DNA of 64,000 bases, from NCBI GenBank assembly GCA_964016885.1, contig OZ024745.1, positions 133,362,001 to 133,426,000 of the forward strand. The letters are read 5' to 3'. The position numbers were made by a program, and so were the translations under genes. Below the pieces are notes generated by a model, which worked only from the letters and a program-made list of their open reading frames with translations, ran no database searches and was not told the origin of the DNA. This document shows positions 25,965 through 39,339 of this stretch, in pieces (position 1 is the stretch's first letter; every line of letters starts with the position of its first letter). This stretch comes from Eledone cirrhosa (Eukaryota).

Positions 25965-26589
25965 ATAATAATAATAATAATAATAATACACTATTAATAA
26001 TTATTAATGCACTCGTGCAATGCCTCTGCGTGACGAACATTTTTAAAGTGAGGAAAGACTGTGCACTGAGCCAATCTCACTCTCTGAGCGACAGTAGCTA
26101 TAACCCGAAAAGAAGAAAAGATCAACATCATCGGTAACAACTGAGCCGCAGGTTTTATGTCGGAGTTAACCCAGTTTCCTGAGATGTCTTCTCCTAGAAG
26201 AATGCCCTGACAAGGGCTAGGGGTTCTTCACTCCCAGTGGTTTAACTGCGCGATCGGGCACCCTGCCCGATTATTTCTATGTCCCCACGTGCAAAAAAAT
26301 AAAAATAAAAATAAAAAACTCACTTATTGACACTTATACGTACGACATACACACACGCGCATACATACGCGCACACACACAGGCATACATACGCGCGCAC
26401 ACAGCAACACTTATACATACAAACAAACACACACACGCTACTCACTTACACACACATATATATATATTACCGTCATTACTGATTCAAGATTACAAGATTA
26501 TGTCAACTGTTGACTTTCAAGAGTTTGTATAGTTGGAGCCGTTCGTATTACAGTCCAGTATTATTATAATTGCTTTACAGCATAGAGCT

Positions 26590-26690
26590 ATGGCTCTCCA
26601 CGCTCTGAGCTTAAATCCCGCCGAGATCAACCTTGCCTTTCATCCCCACGGAGTCAACAAAAGAGAGTACCAGTAATGCGCTGGACCAGT
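26590..26690 (+). mobile_element. degenerate SINE fragment
   Basis: aaatcccgccgagatcaaccttgcctttcatcc...gtaccagtaatgc. Confidence 0.7.
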
Positions 26691-27254
26691 CGCTGGATCC
26701 GTGCCAATACATACATACATGCATACATACATATATGCATGTATGCGTACATATTTTCAGATATGGACATATCTATATATATATATATGTTTATGTATAC
26801 GTGTATATATTAGATAGATAAACGCGAAGACACCCACACAAACATATATATGTACTAGACCACCCGTCACCCAACGGGTCACGGGTTGTCCAATTGTTAC
26901 CTAAGCGGGATCTCTTCCCGCCTGTCTTTAACTTGACTGCACTAAGACTTTTTGAAAATGAAACACAACGGTAAGCACGCTAGCGACCTGATTGGTTATT
27001 ACGTAGCTGTTGGTTATTTATGAAGGTTCCCGGAAAAACCCGTATCTCGGGAACCCCTGCTACGCAAAACTTGTTTTATTCCATTTGTATTCCCAGGGGT
27101 AACCTCCTTTCAAAGATTTTCCTATTATGCGCCATTTTGGCTGTATTAAATTACAGGCAAGCACACATTCACAGAGTTTTAGTAGTATATATTTTTCTTC
27201 CTCATAATCATCTCTTTCTCCCTGTTTTCATATATATATATATATATATATATA

Positions 27255-27312
<58 letters not shown>

Positions 27313-27320
27313 TGTGTGTG

Positions 27321-27366
<46 letters not shown>

Positions 27367-27875
27367 TGCGTGCGTGTGTATGTGTGTGTACGTGTGTGTG
27401 TGTGTGTGCATGTTTGTGTAGCTATTTGTATATGTACCTATATATGTAAAAGTTTGGGTATATGAGAGAATTGAAAGAAAACTGTATAAAATAATTGTAT
27501 GAAACTTAATATAATATTAGTGTATGTCTTTAGTTAAAATATAAAGGAAATATTTGCCTTTACACGCATCGACGTTGTTCTTACAATAATCTCTCTACAT
27601 ATGATAATGGTAATTCATTAATCTTATTAGAAAATATTATTAAGTATACTGTCATTTGTAAGGCGTATTACACATTTTAGGAATTACGATATTGATCGAT
27701 ACAATACTAATACAATTATCAGTTTAAAGGAACAATGACTTGGTATTCATTAAAACTAATATCCAAACTAATAATATCTAAATATGCTTACCAATAAAAC
27801 ATTGTACAGAAACAAAATTAAAGTAGGTTGGCGTTAAATTTTGTCACGCAGATACGTCAAAATAATTAATCTTGA

Positions 27876-27960
27876 ATAATTGTTTCTACTTTAGGCACAA
27901 GGCCAGCAATTATCCAGTGCAGGAATCTTTGCGATACCTGCAAACGAGATTGGTTTTTCT

Positions 27961-27997
<37 letters not shown>

Positions 27998-28712
27998 CGT
28001 CGTCGTCAGAGCTGCTGTTACTTTTGTTGTCGCTGCTGGGTACTACGACTGCCGCCGCCGCTGTTGCTGTGGTCGTTGTTGTTGTTGCTGGTGCTGCTGT
28101 TGTTGTTGCTGTTGCTGCTAATGCTGTTGTTGTTTATGCTACTGTTGATGCTGTTGCGGCTGCTACTGTTGTTTTCCTTGTCACTGTTGCTGCTGCTGCT
28201 GTTATTACGGCTGCTACTGCTATTATTCATGATGTCAGACGAATGAAATGGGTTTTCGTATTTACTGCACACCTTTTTCGTCGTTGTCGTCGTCGTGGAG
28301 AAATGTTCCACGTTTTGCTCGTGATTTTGGAAACTATTTTTCTTTACTGGCATCGCTTGCGAAAGAGAAGGGAAGGAGAGAGACACATTTAGAGAAGGGA
28401 GGGAGAGAGACAATCTTCTCTCTGGTGTAGTGACGATTGAGGAAGAAGAAGACGGAATGAGTGGGAGTGACTTGTGAAAATTCTTTTTTGTAGCCATGTT
28501 TTTTGGGGGTTTAAAATAAATATTGGGCACAAAAACCCAATAAGCGGTTATTTAACCCCGAAGAGCCAAATAACGGACAGAAAGACCCCTCTCACGAGGA
28601 GGGGGGTGTTTTTGTCTACAATTTGGTTAAAGTTTTAAACAATTTACAATTGTTATAGCGGTTAAAATTTACAATATGTTACAGAGCCGAGCCTCCGTCA
28701 AACATGGCATTC
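27876..28712 (-). mobile_element. putative chimeric non-autonomous element: Tx1-like 5'UTR/ORF1 start + SINE 3' tail
   Basis: 5' end on (ATT)n; MATKKN...SFPSL..TTTT..NNSS resembles the Tx1 ORF1 N-terminus in composition; ends gcactggataattgctggccttgtgcctaaagtagaaacaattatt. Confidence 0.55.
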
Positions 28713-28768
28713 AATAATAATAATAATACTAAAATATATGGAACTTTTTTAACCATCTTTTAATTTCT

Positions 28769-28830
<62 letters not shown>

Positions 28831-28971
28831 TAATAATAATAAATTAGAAGACTAATATCCAAAGAGGGCTCGATCAGAAGATTCCGTTAAGCCGTTAAGG
28901 GTGAAAGCAGCGATTCTTTGCTTAAATGTTAATGTTATTTTAATAAATATATATATATATATATATCATAA

Positions 28972-29022
<51 letters not shown>

Positions 29023-29199
29023 TTATTTATTTATTATAGCTAATTATACCTAATTGTGTATTGTTGACCGTATATTTAATTAATTTCCACGTGCTGTTGA
29101 AATGTTGGGTAAAACTCTATAGCGGTTGGCCGCGAAGACACTGCTATCGTTTATTTATTTACTGTTTCTTCATAGGTGCCTTTTAATCTTATAGCAATA

Positions 29200-30583
29200 A
29201 GAATACAATCACCATTGAACAGAACAGAATATCTAATACGCAACCACCCACTAATAGGCAAACGAAACGTAACACACTTGTACAGGCATCGCAGCCCACC
29301 AATAATGCTAAGGTTGCCCATGACAAGAATTGTAACTGCCACCTACCTGAAACCTGTCCATTACATAATGAATGTATGCAGCCTAACCTGGTTTACCAAT
29401 GCACAGTAGAATCAGACAACCAGAAATGGTATTACATCGGAGCGACTGGGAATATATTTAAAGCCCGTTGGTATACACACCGTTACGCAATGAAACATTC
29501 CGAACATCGTTATGTAACTACCCTTGCAAACAAGACCTGGCAACTGAGGGAAAGTAACCATCAATACACCCTGAAGTGGAAAAAATTATCGAACGCGCCC
29601 CCATATCGGAGTGGTATGAGAAGCTGTCGATTATGTGACCTTGAGCTGTTCCACATTTAGAGTTCGAAGAAAAGTTACTTAACAATAAAATCGAAAGATC
29701 AATTTATTGTAACCATAGACTCAAAGAAAGTGCAAATCGAACCCTTAACCTACTACTTCCACCTGACAAACTGCATATACTTAGACTTTCTACCCTCTTA
29801 TTGTTTCTAACCCCTTTAATTACCCACAAAAACCAATACCTATATCCCTCCCTTCTCCTTCATTCCTTTTCTATTTCTTTTCGTTTTCTTCCTTTCTTCT
29901 CTCCCCTTTTAGGCTATATTTTCTTCTCTTCTTTCTCCCCCCTTCTTTATTTTTATTTTATGTTTTTATATATATATATTTTTCACTCTATATCTCCCCC
30001 CTCTCTCCCTCTCTCCATCCCTCCCACTAATAACAATTTAATTCTCTTTAACTTACTAAACTCTAAATCGACGACATGAAGTCTACGTATCAAAACTGAT
30101 CAAGGAATCCTTTCACCTCTACCACTCCCTCCATCTCAATTTGTCACTCTACTTCCTAACTCTTCTCCCCCTTCCACTCTCTGTATTCCGTTTGTCCCCC
30201 ACTTTCTAATTCCTCTTCCTCGCTCTCTATACTAGTAAATACAATTCCAAAAAAATGTTTTTCTCTATATATTAAGAACTTCTTTAAGAGTAACATACTG
30301 ACTATTTTGAAAATTTGGACGTGAACAACAATTATAATTGAGAGGCTGCTATTTGCAGTATAGCAATATAAGGTTGCACTTTCCAATGAAACGGTCGTAA
30401 ATACCTGGATAAAATCCTTTTCTTAATGCTTACCTGTGTTTTCACTTTTATACTTTATACTCCAAGATTGAACGGAATTCTTACAAACTTGTGGAGTTAC
30501 CCCTAACCGTACGTTGAAACCGTCCATGAAACTGGCTTTCTTAACCACTGGATCACAATAAGCAATTTCCTGCTTCCCTAACT

Positions 30584-30590
<7 letters not shown>
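29200..30590 (+). mobile_element. Penelope-like element, Naiad-type GIY-YIG 3' fragment
   Basis: in frame from 29331: CNCHLPETCPLHNEC-MQPNLVYQ..YYIGAT..FKARWYTH..CRLC; shifted LLNNK..CNH; ends in (TA)n. Confidence 0.8.
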
Positions 30591-30620
<30 letters not shown>

Positions 30621-30727
30621 CACACAAACACAAACACACACACACACACATATATATATGTGTGTGTGTGTGTGTCTGATACCATCAACACTAGAAACAC
30701 AGAGCTGGCATATCTAAGAACTGACTA

Positions 30728-30783
30728 ACTGCCTGAAGAGGTCATAGCCATTCAATGGCTATCATCGAAATATATATAGCAGT
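30728..30783 (+). ncRNA. minimal type I hammerhead ribozyme
   Basis: actgc-CTGAAGA-ggtcatagccatt.c.aatggctatcatc-GAAA-tatata-TA-gcagt; perfect 5-bp stem I; inside a ~155-bp microsatellite-flanked element (30676-30829). Confidence 0.75.
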
Positions 30784-30832
30784 AAATAAAGGATTATGAG
30801 TTCATGCGATTGTCTTATGTTTCGTCACTATA

Positions 30833-30878
<46 letters not shown>

Positions 30879-32821
30879 TGTGGGATGCTTAAAGCGTCCG
30901 TATGCGGTAGACCGTTTGAGCACCACTGATTCTCCGTTTCTTATTTTTATATATATATATATATATACACATGTACATACATATATATATATATACATAT
31001 ATATATGCGCGCGCGCGCGCGTGTGTGTGTATGCATTATATCTTCATTACTAAACGAGGAAATCTTCCGCATATATTATAGCGCCTGGAATCATTTCGGA
31101 AAGCATTGAGCTGTATAATTTTCAGAGCATCCTATTATCATTATAGCGAATCGGCGCCCACATATTTGATCGTCACATTATTCATCCATTAGCTCTAAAT
31201 ATAATGAGAATATCATAGGATTTTATTCAATGAAATTTACGTTGGGAAATTTATTCATTACAAAAATCTATAATCTTTCAAGATATGCATCTCATTATTT
31301 CAAGGTTTTCAAACAGATGTTTTACATTCAACAATTCCGTCAGTTTGTAACATTGAATTTATAATTTTATATTATTTTCTTAATATTGCAAGCTTGTATT
31401 ATTATTCATAATAATTAGATTTAGATATTTAAAAGCTGTCAACAATTTAGTAAAAACAGATAGTAAAAACAGATAGTATTTTAGATATTATGTTAAATTT
31501 CAATTCGTATAGAGATATACGTGTTCATGGGAGTACTGGCGATTAAATACTACCCTTTTATAATTTATATTTATACCGATGCGAAAAGATTTACACTTTG
31601 AAAATATTTGTATTTCAAATGTTCTCTACTCTCCGAAAATAGGAATGATTTAGTGGCTGATTTAGTGGCAAATTGTAAAGGCAAATAAATTGAATGTGAT
31701 CAAATAATGAAAGTCAATTTACTTTTATCTATTATCCACTATAAAAATATTCAATGGAGAACTGGTCCATACATCAGATTGCGAAAGCCGTTACCTATTT
31801 GCATGCACATGCAAGCATGTATCTATATAGAATTGTTTCCATTAAATAGTTATACAAATAAGCTATTAACATGAGTTATAGATATTGGAATAAATGTATA
31901 CCTTTAGGCATCTAAATCCATATGCCTTTCATATCTTCACTGTTATGAAAATTAGTGTCAATTCTCTGAAATGATAATATGCTTTCTGCTGCAAATATTC
32001 CAGACATTAATATATCAAGAATTGCACATTTTCAATATAGAATAGAATTAGAGGATATTATGCAATAACGTGCAAGCAAGGCAATCAATTTGTGTATATA
32101 ATTATGTGCCTAATACGTATTAACAAACATAATACTACACAATATTTATTAGTCATCGGATCACAGAATGAATTTAAATGAAGCCCTATCAATTTGTACA
32201 TCACAGCTGACAGGTTTTAACAAATATGAGTGATGTCCGTATTCTCTTTAAAATTAATATATATTAATCAACGAAATAATCATCTTGAAAAACAAATTAA
32301 CTCCATATTATATTACTGTAGTTATAAATAACAGTAGAGTTTTACCAATGAAAGTATCTAGCAGGAGGGTGATATATATTAGTTCAATGTGAATGGAAAG
32401 GTTTAGATGAAACAAGGTCGAATCACTTTAAGTCTTTCTGCGTTATTTCATTTTAAACAAACCTATCGTATTATATATTTCTATGAATTTTGACGATATG
32501 ATTGTCTGAAATACTATTTTAACACATTACAATTTGATTAAGATGTATGTGATTGTTCGTCGAAACCTGATGGTACTTCATTGTTTAATCTACAATTATG
32601 TTGACATCTAATCAATATAATTCTTTCATACATTGACATATTCGGGTTTGCCACGTTTGGAAATATTAACAATATTCCATTTAATTACAATACATTCTTC
32701 ATAACTCCCTGGATTCAAGTACAATTGTTTAATTTTGTTCTACAGAGCTAGCAGAAACTATATGTTCGAGAAACTTGAGGCTAGCTTTGTAATACTGAAA
32801 AGATACTAGTATCCTGCTTTA

Positions 32822-32950
32822 TCTTCTTCTTCGCCCGCATATTTCTGAGAGGGTCATGTCGCCCACATATTCCTGAGAGGGTCGTTGGGGCAGAGTCTTC
32901 AAATATTTCTCCCAGCTGGTCCTGTCAGCAGCAACCATATTCAACTGATC
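32822..32950 (-). mobile_element. RTE 3' tail fragment
   Basis: reverse-complement homolog of 57440-57550 ending in (GAA)n. Confidence 0.6.
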
Positions 32951-33025
32951 GGTTATTTTTATCTAAAGCCATTTTTACCAATTCCACCACGCCCGTCGCT
33001 TCAATCTATTTTATTTCTCCTTCTT

Positions 33026-33061
33026 TCTTCTGATGAAGGACTAGCATCCGAAACGTTAAGA
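33026..33061 (+). ncRNA. minimal type I hammerhead in a Neptune-type PLE 3' fragment (32955-33140)
   Basis: tctt-CTGATGA-a-gga.ctagca.tcc-GAAA-cg-TT-aaga; homologous to 38920-39075 and 54935-55072. Confidence 0.7.
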
Positions 33062-33138
33062 CCCTCTTCATCCTTTTTCAAGCGTTAACCTAATATATTC
33101 CCTCTGTACCGATTGTGTTGTTGTTTCTGTTTACTTTT

Positions 33139-33267
<129 letters not shown>

Positions 33268-34073
33268 AGAAAGAGAGAGAGGGGTGGAGAGAGATAGATA
33301 GATGTAGATATATACACATGTATCTGCCTCGGTCTGTGTGTGTTCTATTTTTCGTTTGCGAAGTTGAAGTTTATATCTAAAAGGCATGGCGTTTGACAGA
33401 AATTAAATTCCTATTAAATTTATGAATATGTCATACGATAAAAAAGAAAATACGAAATTATGTACTTTTCCGTTCTCAAATCTTTACCCTGTGCGTATTT
33501 TTTGTTTGGTGGTAATTTGTTTTGACTTTAGTTTTGTTTTGTTTTTTGTTTGTTCATGTTGTATTCGATATTTAAAGAAGGTTTGTTTTCTCCAGTTATA
33601 AACATCTGAAATATTTCTATATTTTCTTGTTTTTTTTTACACCTAATGAAAATATTGTTAATATTTTAAAACAACAGCAAAACGTGGAACTAAATCAGAT
33701 TATGTACCTTCTCTATATTATTCAGTAATATGCTCACAGAGTAACTAATTGAGTTTTCACAGTATTTCCAATTAAATATATTTCGCATTCTTTTTCAAAC
33801 CTTTTTTCTATTCCCAATAATTATTTGATATTGATTTTTGGTACGATTGGCAATTTTTCACCTTTACGTAAACTATACGGCGCTAATTAGTAAATTATTC
33901 TAAGTCTAAGATAAGCATCGATGAACAAGATATATAATGAAATAGTTCTAGTTTTAAACATAACGTCTAACACAAACAGGATGACAGTGGAATGATTTAA
34001 TTTTAATCGCATCTTTACTCTTCAGTTCAAAATCAGACACGTACACAAACAGGTGTTTGTCACATTTGATCTT

Positions 34074-34161
34074 ATCTCGCGCTGATGATGCCTTCGGATT
34101 ATCTGTTACAAACACAATTCTCAGGGCGAAACAGATTAAATCTCTAATCTGTCCGGGAGAT
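34074..34161 (+). ncRNA. near-canonical type I hammerhead ribozyme
   Basis: atctcgcg-CTGATGA-t-gcctt...agggc-GAAA-cagatta.aatctc.taatctg-TC-cgggagat; GUC triplet, predicted cleavage after C34153. Confidence 0.85.
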
Positions 34162-34301
34162 CAATAGTTATTGAAACGGTCAGTACATTTTACTCTTTAT
34201 CCTGTATTTTCCGTTTGCTTCAGGTTATACCTGTCAAACCAACGTGGTATCTCAACTCTCGTAATTTTAAACACACAATATACTGTGTTTATTACTACAT
34301 A

Positions 34302-34374
<73 letters not shown>

Positions 34375-34376
<2 letters not shown>

Positions 34377-34467
34377 AGTTGCATTTATCTTGCTTTATGT
34401 TCATACGAGTTATCACCAAGTCACAACCAGTGACCTCAAGAGACAACAAGGTCCGCCATGTTCAAGA

Positions 34468-34468
<1 letters not shown>
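34375..34468 (-). mobile_element. R4/Dong family B 3'UTR-only insertion
   Basis: matches 6715-6808; embedded in (TAA)n. Confidence 0.85.
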
Positions 34469-34539
<71 letters not shown>

Positions 34540-34541
34540 TG

Positions 34542-35226
34542 GTAAATTTCTTTAAGTCGTTTGGAAGCCTCGACAATGCAAATGGGTAAATCTCCGGGTA
34601 ACAAGATCCGGTGGTGGAGAGAGAGATGTAAGTGGGTGAACGTTGAGATGCGTGGCGTGTATAAGACGTGTAGTGGAATGAAGGAAAGAGCATAAAGTAT
34701 AAAAATAAAAATAACAACACGAGAGAGAGTTACCTTGGGAGAGATTTAATTGTCCCTATATATTTCGGATTCACATCCATCAACTGGGGTTTTTTCCGGG
34801 GTGAGGGAAAGGTTGTCTGTCGGAAAGGTGCGAAACGCGTCTTCCGCTGTTTTGAAATTCAAAACAACGAACAGCGGAGGACGCGTTTCGCACCTTTCCG
34901 ACAGACAACCTTTCCCTCACCCCGGAAAAAAAACCCAGTTGATGGATGTGAATCCGAAATATATAGGGACAATTAAATCTCTCCCAAGGCAACTCTCTCT
35001 CTCGTGTTGTTATTTTTATTTTTATCCTTTAGGCTCTTTCCTTCATTCCTCTACACGTCTTATATACGCCACGCATCTCAACGTTCACCAACTTACATCT
35101 CTCTCTCCACCACCGGATCTTGTTATCCGGAGATTTACCCATTTGCATTGTCGAGGCTTCCAAACGACTTAAAGAAATTTACTTTATCATTCCACAATGC
35201 TTCAAGCAAACTTCAATACTCTCTTA
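34542..35226 (+). mobile_element. PLE-terminus-like fold-back element: ~315-bp-arm palindrome (34542-35182) plus 3' tail
   Basis: arms are reverse complements with few mismatches; hammerhead-like cc-CAGTTGA-t-ggat.gtga.atcc-GAAA-tata-TA-ggg; tail cacaatgcttcaag shared with 737-750; TA-flanked. Confidence 0.75.
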
Positions 35227-35662
35227 TATATATATATATGTATACAGAGAGAGGGAAAGAGAGAGATAGCGAGAGAGAGAGATAGAGAAGGGGGAAGAGA
35301 GATCGTAAATATACAGGACACGACATTTTTTCACATGCCAAATTAATTTGTATAAGAATCACTTTAGACACTAAACATTAGGGGAAATATGTTATAGTCA
35401 TTTATCATTTGTGATCTGTTAAGATATTTAGCGTATTCTCAGAATGTTTGACACTTCCAAATATATGTAATACATATAATAGGGATATAAAGCCTTGAAT
35501 GATTTCTAACCAGCAAAATTACTCTCCCCAAATTCAATTGCTTTAGTTTTAACAGATAATGTACATAAAAACTGATACACAGACACACATATTTCTGTAT
35601 CAATGTATGTATATATATATATATATATATGCGTATGTGTGTGTGTCTGCAAGTGTGTAGGA

Positions 35663-35741
<79 letters not shown>

Positions 35742-35745
<4 letters not shown>

Positions 35746-36258
35746 TAAACGGAATAGAAAATGCTGACAAATTGTTCACAGTTGAAAAATGGGAATACAG
35801 CAAAATACCACTGAGTGAACACATTGATACCTGTGCCGCCCCAAATCATCCGAACTTCAGAATATTTCCCCTCTACAAATTTAAAGATAATGCCACCCAC
35901 ACCCAGCGCATCATCAAGGAATCTTACTTCATTAACAAATACGGACCCCGTCTAAACACTTCTCCCTAAGACGAACCCACAACATACACACGTCAACATA
36001 CATACCTACATCAGCACACATCTCTACCCACATATAAACACAATGACATACGTAAACGCACATGGTCTATGGTGCAACACAAAAAAATATATGTGTATAT
36101 ATATATATGTATGTATATGTATGTATATATATGAGGTGAATATCATTTCACACCTTTTATTGTTAAGATTTTTGATGTTCTATTAAGAGAACCGATTTTA
36201 CTGAAAAAATCGAATAATGTACAACATTTTACCAGGGGGAAAAAAATACTGGTCCACC

Positions 36259-36308
<50 letters not shown>

Positions 36309-36340
36309 TACACACGCGTACATTAACATACAAAGAGACT

Positions 36341-36376
<36 letters not shown>

Positions 36377-36502
36377 ACACTTCTCCGTATAAGACAAAAG
36401 CTGAAAAATATCTTTTGACATGCTAAAATACCCCCCCCCCCCCACTGCTTACAGACACATTTCTACTGACCATCCCTGCTACCACGAATTACTCTGCTAT
36501 AT

Positions 36503-36552
<50 letters not shown>

Positions 36553-36621
36553 ATCTTAATAACCATTTGACACACATCCCTGCTAACCATTATCACAACA
36601 TCGAACACCTTACTACTACTA

Positions 36622-36655
<34 letters not shown>

Positions 36656-37146
36656 TTGTTGTGAAAGAGTCATTTCTCAGTCTTGGCGCAAAATCAATTT
36701 TTTATTCACATGACCTCTACCGACCAATCAAAATTGTTTTGACCACAAGAATTTTTGCAAACACCAAGTAGCGCTGGAGCCACTTTTTTAACATAAAAAC
36801 AGTCTTGGCGCAAAATCTATTTTTTACATTCACATGACCTCTACCGACTAATCAAAATTGTTTTGACCACAAGAATTTTTGCAACACCAAAGTAGCGCTG
36901 GAGCAACTTTGTTAACATAAAAACAGGTAGAATTCCCAAAACTAATCAGATCAGAGCAAACAACACGGACACTCTATCTCAAAATTATTTTTGAAAAGCA
37001 TTTAGAAATGCGCAACCGGTAAAAACTTAAAAACTTAAAACCGCAACTGAATACTAACCCATACAATTACTAATACTCTTTTATTCCTAATTAAACCATT
37101 TTTCAACTGTGAACAATTTGTCAGCATTTTCTATTCCGTTTACCAA
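35742..37146 (+). mobile_element. Penelope-like element 3' fragment with inverted terminal copy
   Basis: GIY-YIG C-terminus LSEHI..RIIKESYFINKYGPRLN (35793-35969); 35742-35792 is the inverse of ~37097-37146; internal ~120-bp duplication; TA-flanked. Confidence 0.8.
36988..37024 (+). ncRNA. hammerhead-like motif, U3-A8 variant, GAAA mutated to GCAA
   Basis: ttt-TTGAAAA-gcattt.ag.aaatgc-GCAA-ccgg-TA-aaa. Confidence 0.45.
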
Positions 37147-37187
37147 TATATAATAACTTGTGTGTTACACCTCCATTCTTTTAACTA

Positions 37188-37319
<132 letters not shown>

Positions 37320-37570
37320 CGTGTGTATGTGTGTGGGTGTGTGTGTATTTATATATATCCATCGACTTTATGTGTCAGATATATTTGTATTAATATAAAT
37401 GTTAATTTTAATGAGGAGAAAATGCTGAAAAAATGTCCACAGCAATTAAAACATCTTAATATAATATTATGATATGCGCGGAAAATAGTTTCGGAGACTA
37501 TAATCAGATTAACGAAGAGAGAAATTCCTAGGGCTTGAATAAATGAATATATAATTTATATAACGTACAA

Positions 37571-37637
<67 letters not shown>

Positions 37638-37677
37638 CGTGCGTGTGTGTGTGTGCGTGTGTGAGTGTGTATGTGTA

Positions 37678-37710
<33 letters not shown>

Positions 37711-38329
37711 GTGTGTCTGTTTGTGTGTGTGAATATATGTGTGTGTGGGAGGAGCTTGTGTGAGTGTGTGTTTTTGTGTGTATATGTATTTCTACAAGTA
37801 TGTTATTTACAATTATTGAATAAATGACCGTTCCATTACAAATGTTGCGAATTAAGTTGTGTCAGTTTAAGCCCAATCCATGTCAATTTGGTATGAATTT
37901 CTTTAAACATTATATCCATACATCAGTGTTTGTTCCGTTATCGAATAATTACATTTATAAAATGAAAAAATATCGTTTTAACTCTCCTTTCATATCTCTA
38001 TGATCATCAGGTGACATCTTCTCGTATATAGCTCGTGAAATGCATTTTTTCTTCAATGGGCTCTACCACTCATGGTAGGGTCCGTACCGTAGATAGAACT
38101 CAATGTAATCTGATAGTGAGTAATCCAGTAAAATCCATAGAAAGGTTCCGTGTTCCGCTGAGTTAATTCCTTAGATACAGAGTCTGATATTAGATATTAA
38201 TTTAACAATGTCAAGTTATTTAAACCTATTCATATCATTGTTTTACGATCGTTCCGGAGGGTTGATCATATTGACATATTGACTGAGCTATAGCTATAAT
38301 ATAACTGTATAATATCAGACATCATATAT

Positions 38330-39078
38330 AGGTTCGATCATACGCGCCCGTAACCTCCGCAACCTCCTGGTACGCAGTTCCTTCTCGACCTCTGCTACGA
38401 CGCTACCCGGCACTCATCCTTGTTCTCGTCCCCGCTGTAACAGTTGTCCTTTCATTTATACCCTCAACACTCTCACAAGCCCCAACGGTTCATTCCGTAT
38501 GCGCCACTCCTTAACCTGGATCTCCACCCACTTCTCTATGCCCTGCGGTGTTCTCTTTCTGAGACCTTATACATCGGACAAAGGGGGCGCCGTGTGGCGA
38601 ACCGTTTTCCTGAGCATTTGAGCATACGACACGGTTTAGATACTCCCATCGCCCAACATTTCTATTACCCAGTTCACTCCTCCCTACCTGTCTCAGTCCT
38701 TGCTGTCCTCACGGATCACAGGCCTCGCGCACCAGGACTAAACAGAGTCTGATTTACCGCCCTGGGTCCTGTCTCCCGCATGGACTCACCTCCCCTCCCC
38801 AATCTATTTAATACCCCGTCCGTTATTACACACGCGCTTGTACATTCACCGCTACATTCATGTGGCCCTCTTATGGTCAGAAACATATACTCTCACAGCT
38901 AATACATCTAATACAGGACCTGTTATTTTTCTCTAAAGACATTTTTCCGATTCCACCTGACGAAGGATTAGCGTCCGAACCCTTAAGACACTCTTACTGC
39001 TATTTCAAGCGTTAATCTAATATATTCCTTCCATATAATGTACTGATCGGGTTGTTATTTCTGTTTACATTTGGCATA
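38330..39078 (+). mobile_element. Neptune-type Penelope-like element 3' fragment
   Basis: RNLRNLLVRS..GTHPCSRPRCNSC zinc knuckle; LYALRC..LYIGQ..NRFPEH..PIAQHF; decayed hammerhead at 38957-38988; ends in (TA)n. Confidence 0.85.
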
Positions 39079-39228
39079 TATATATATATATATATATATT
39101 AATTAAAATAACAGATTTATTATTATTACTATATATATATATATATGCATACGTGTGTATGTGTGTGCGTGTGTGCGTATGTGTGTGTGTGTGTGTGCAT
39201 GTGTGTGTCTGTGTATATATATATATTA

Positions 39229-39259
<31 letters not shown>

Positions 39260-39339
39260 TTTCTGATTCCGATTTAACGAAAGATTATTTTGATGTATTT
39301 GAAAATTGATCCTTGCTTGAATTGAAATTCAAAGCCTTC

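Noticed and set aside
26040-26290. RTE-5'UTR-like segment (ttctcctag..aagggctag)
   Set aside because: Resemblance too weak and boundaries unclear.
30335-30400. Hammerhead in the Naiad-type 3' end (GAAACGGTC)
   Set aside because: The CTGANGA core is not intact and stems cannot be drawn confidently.
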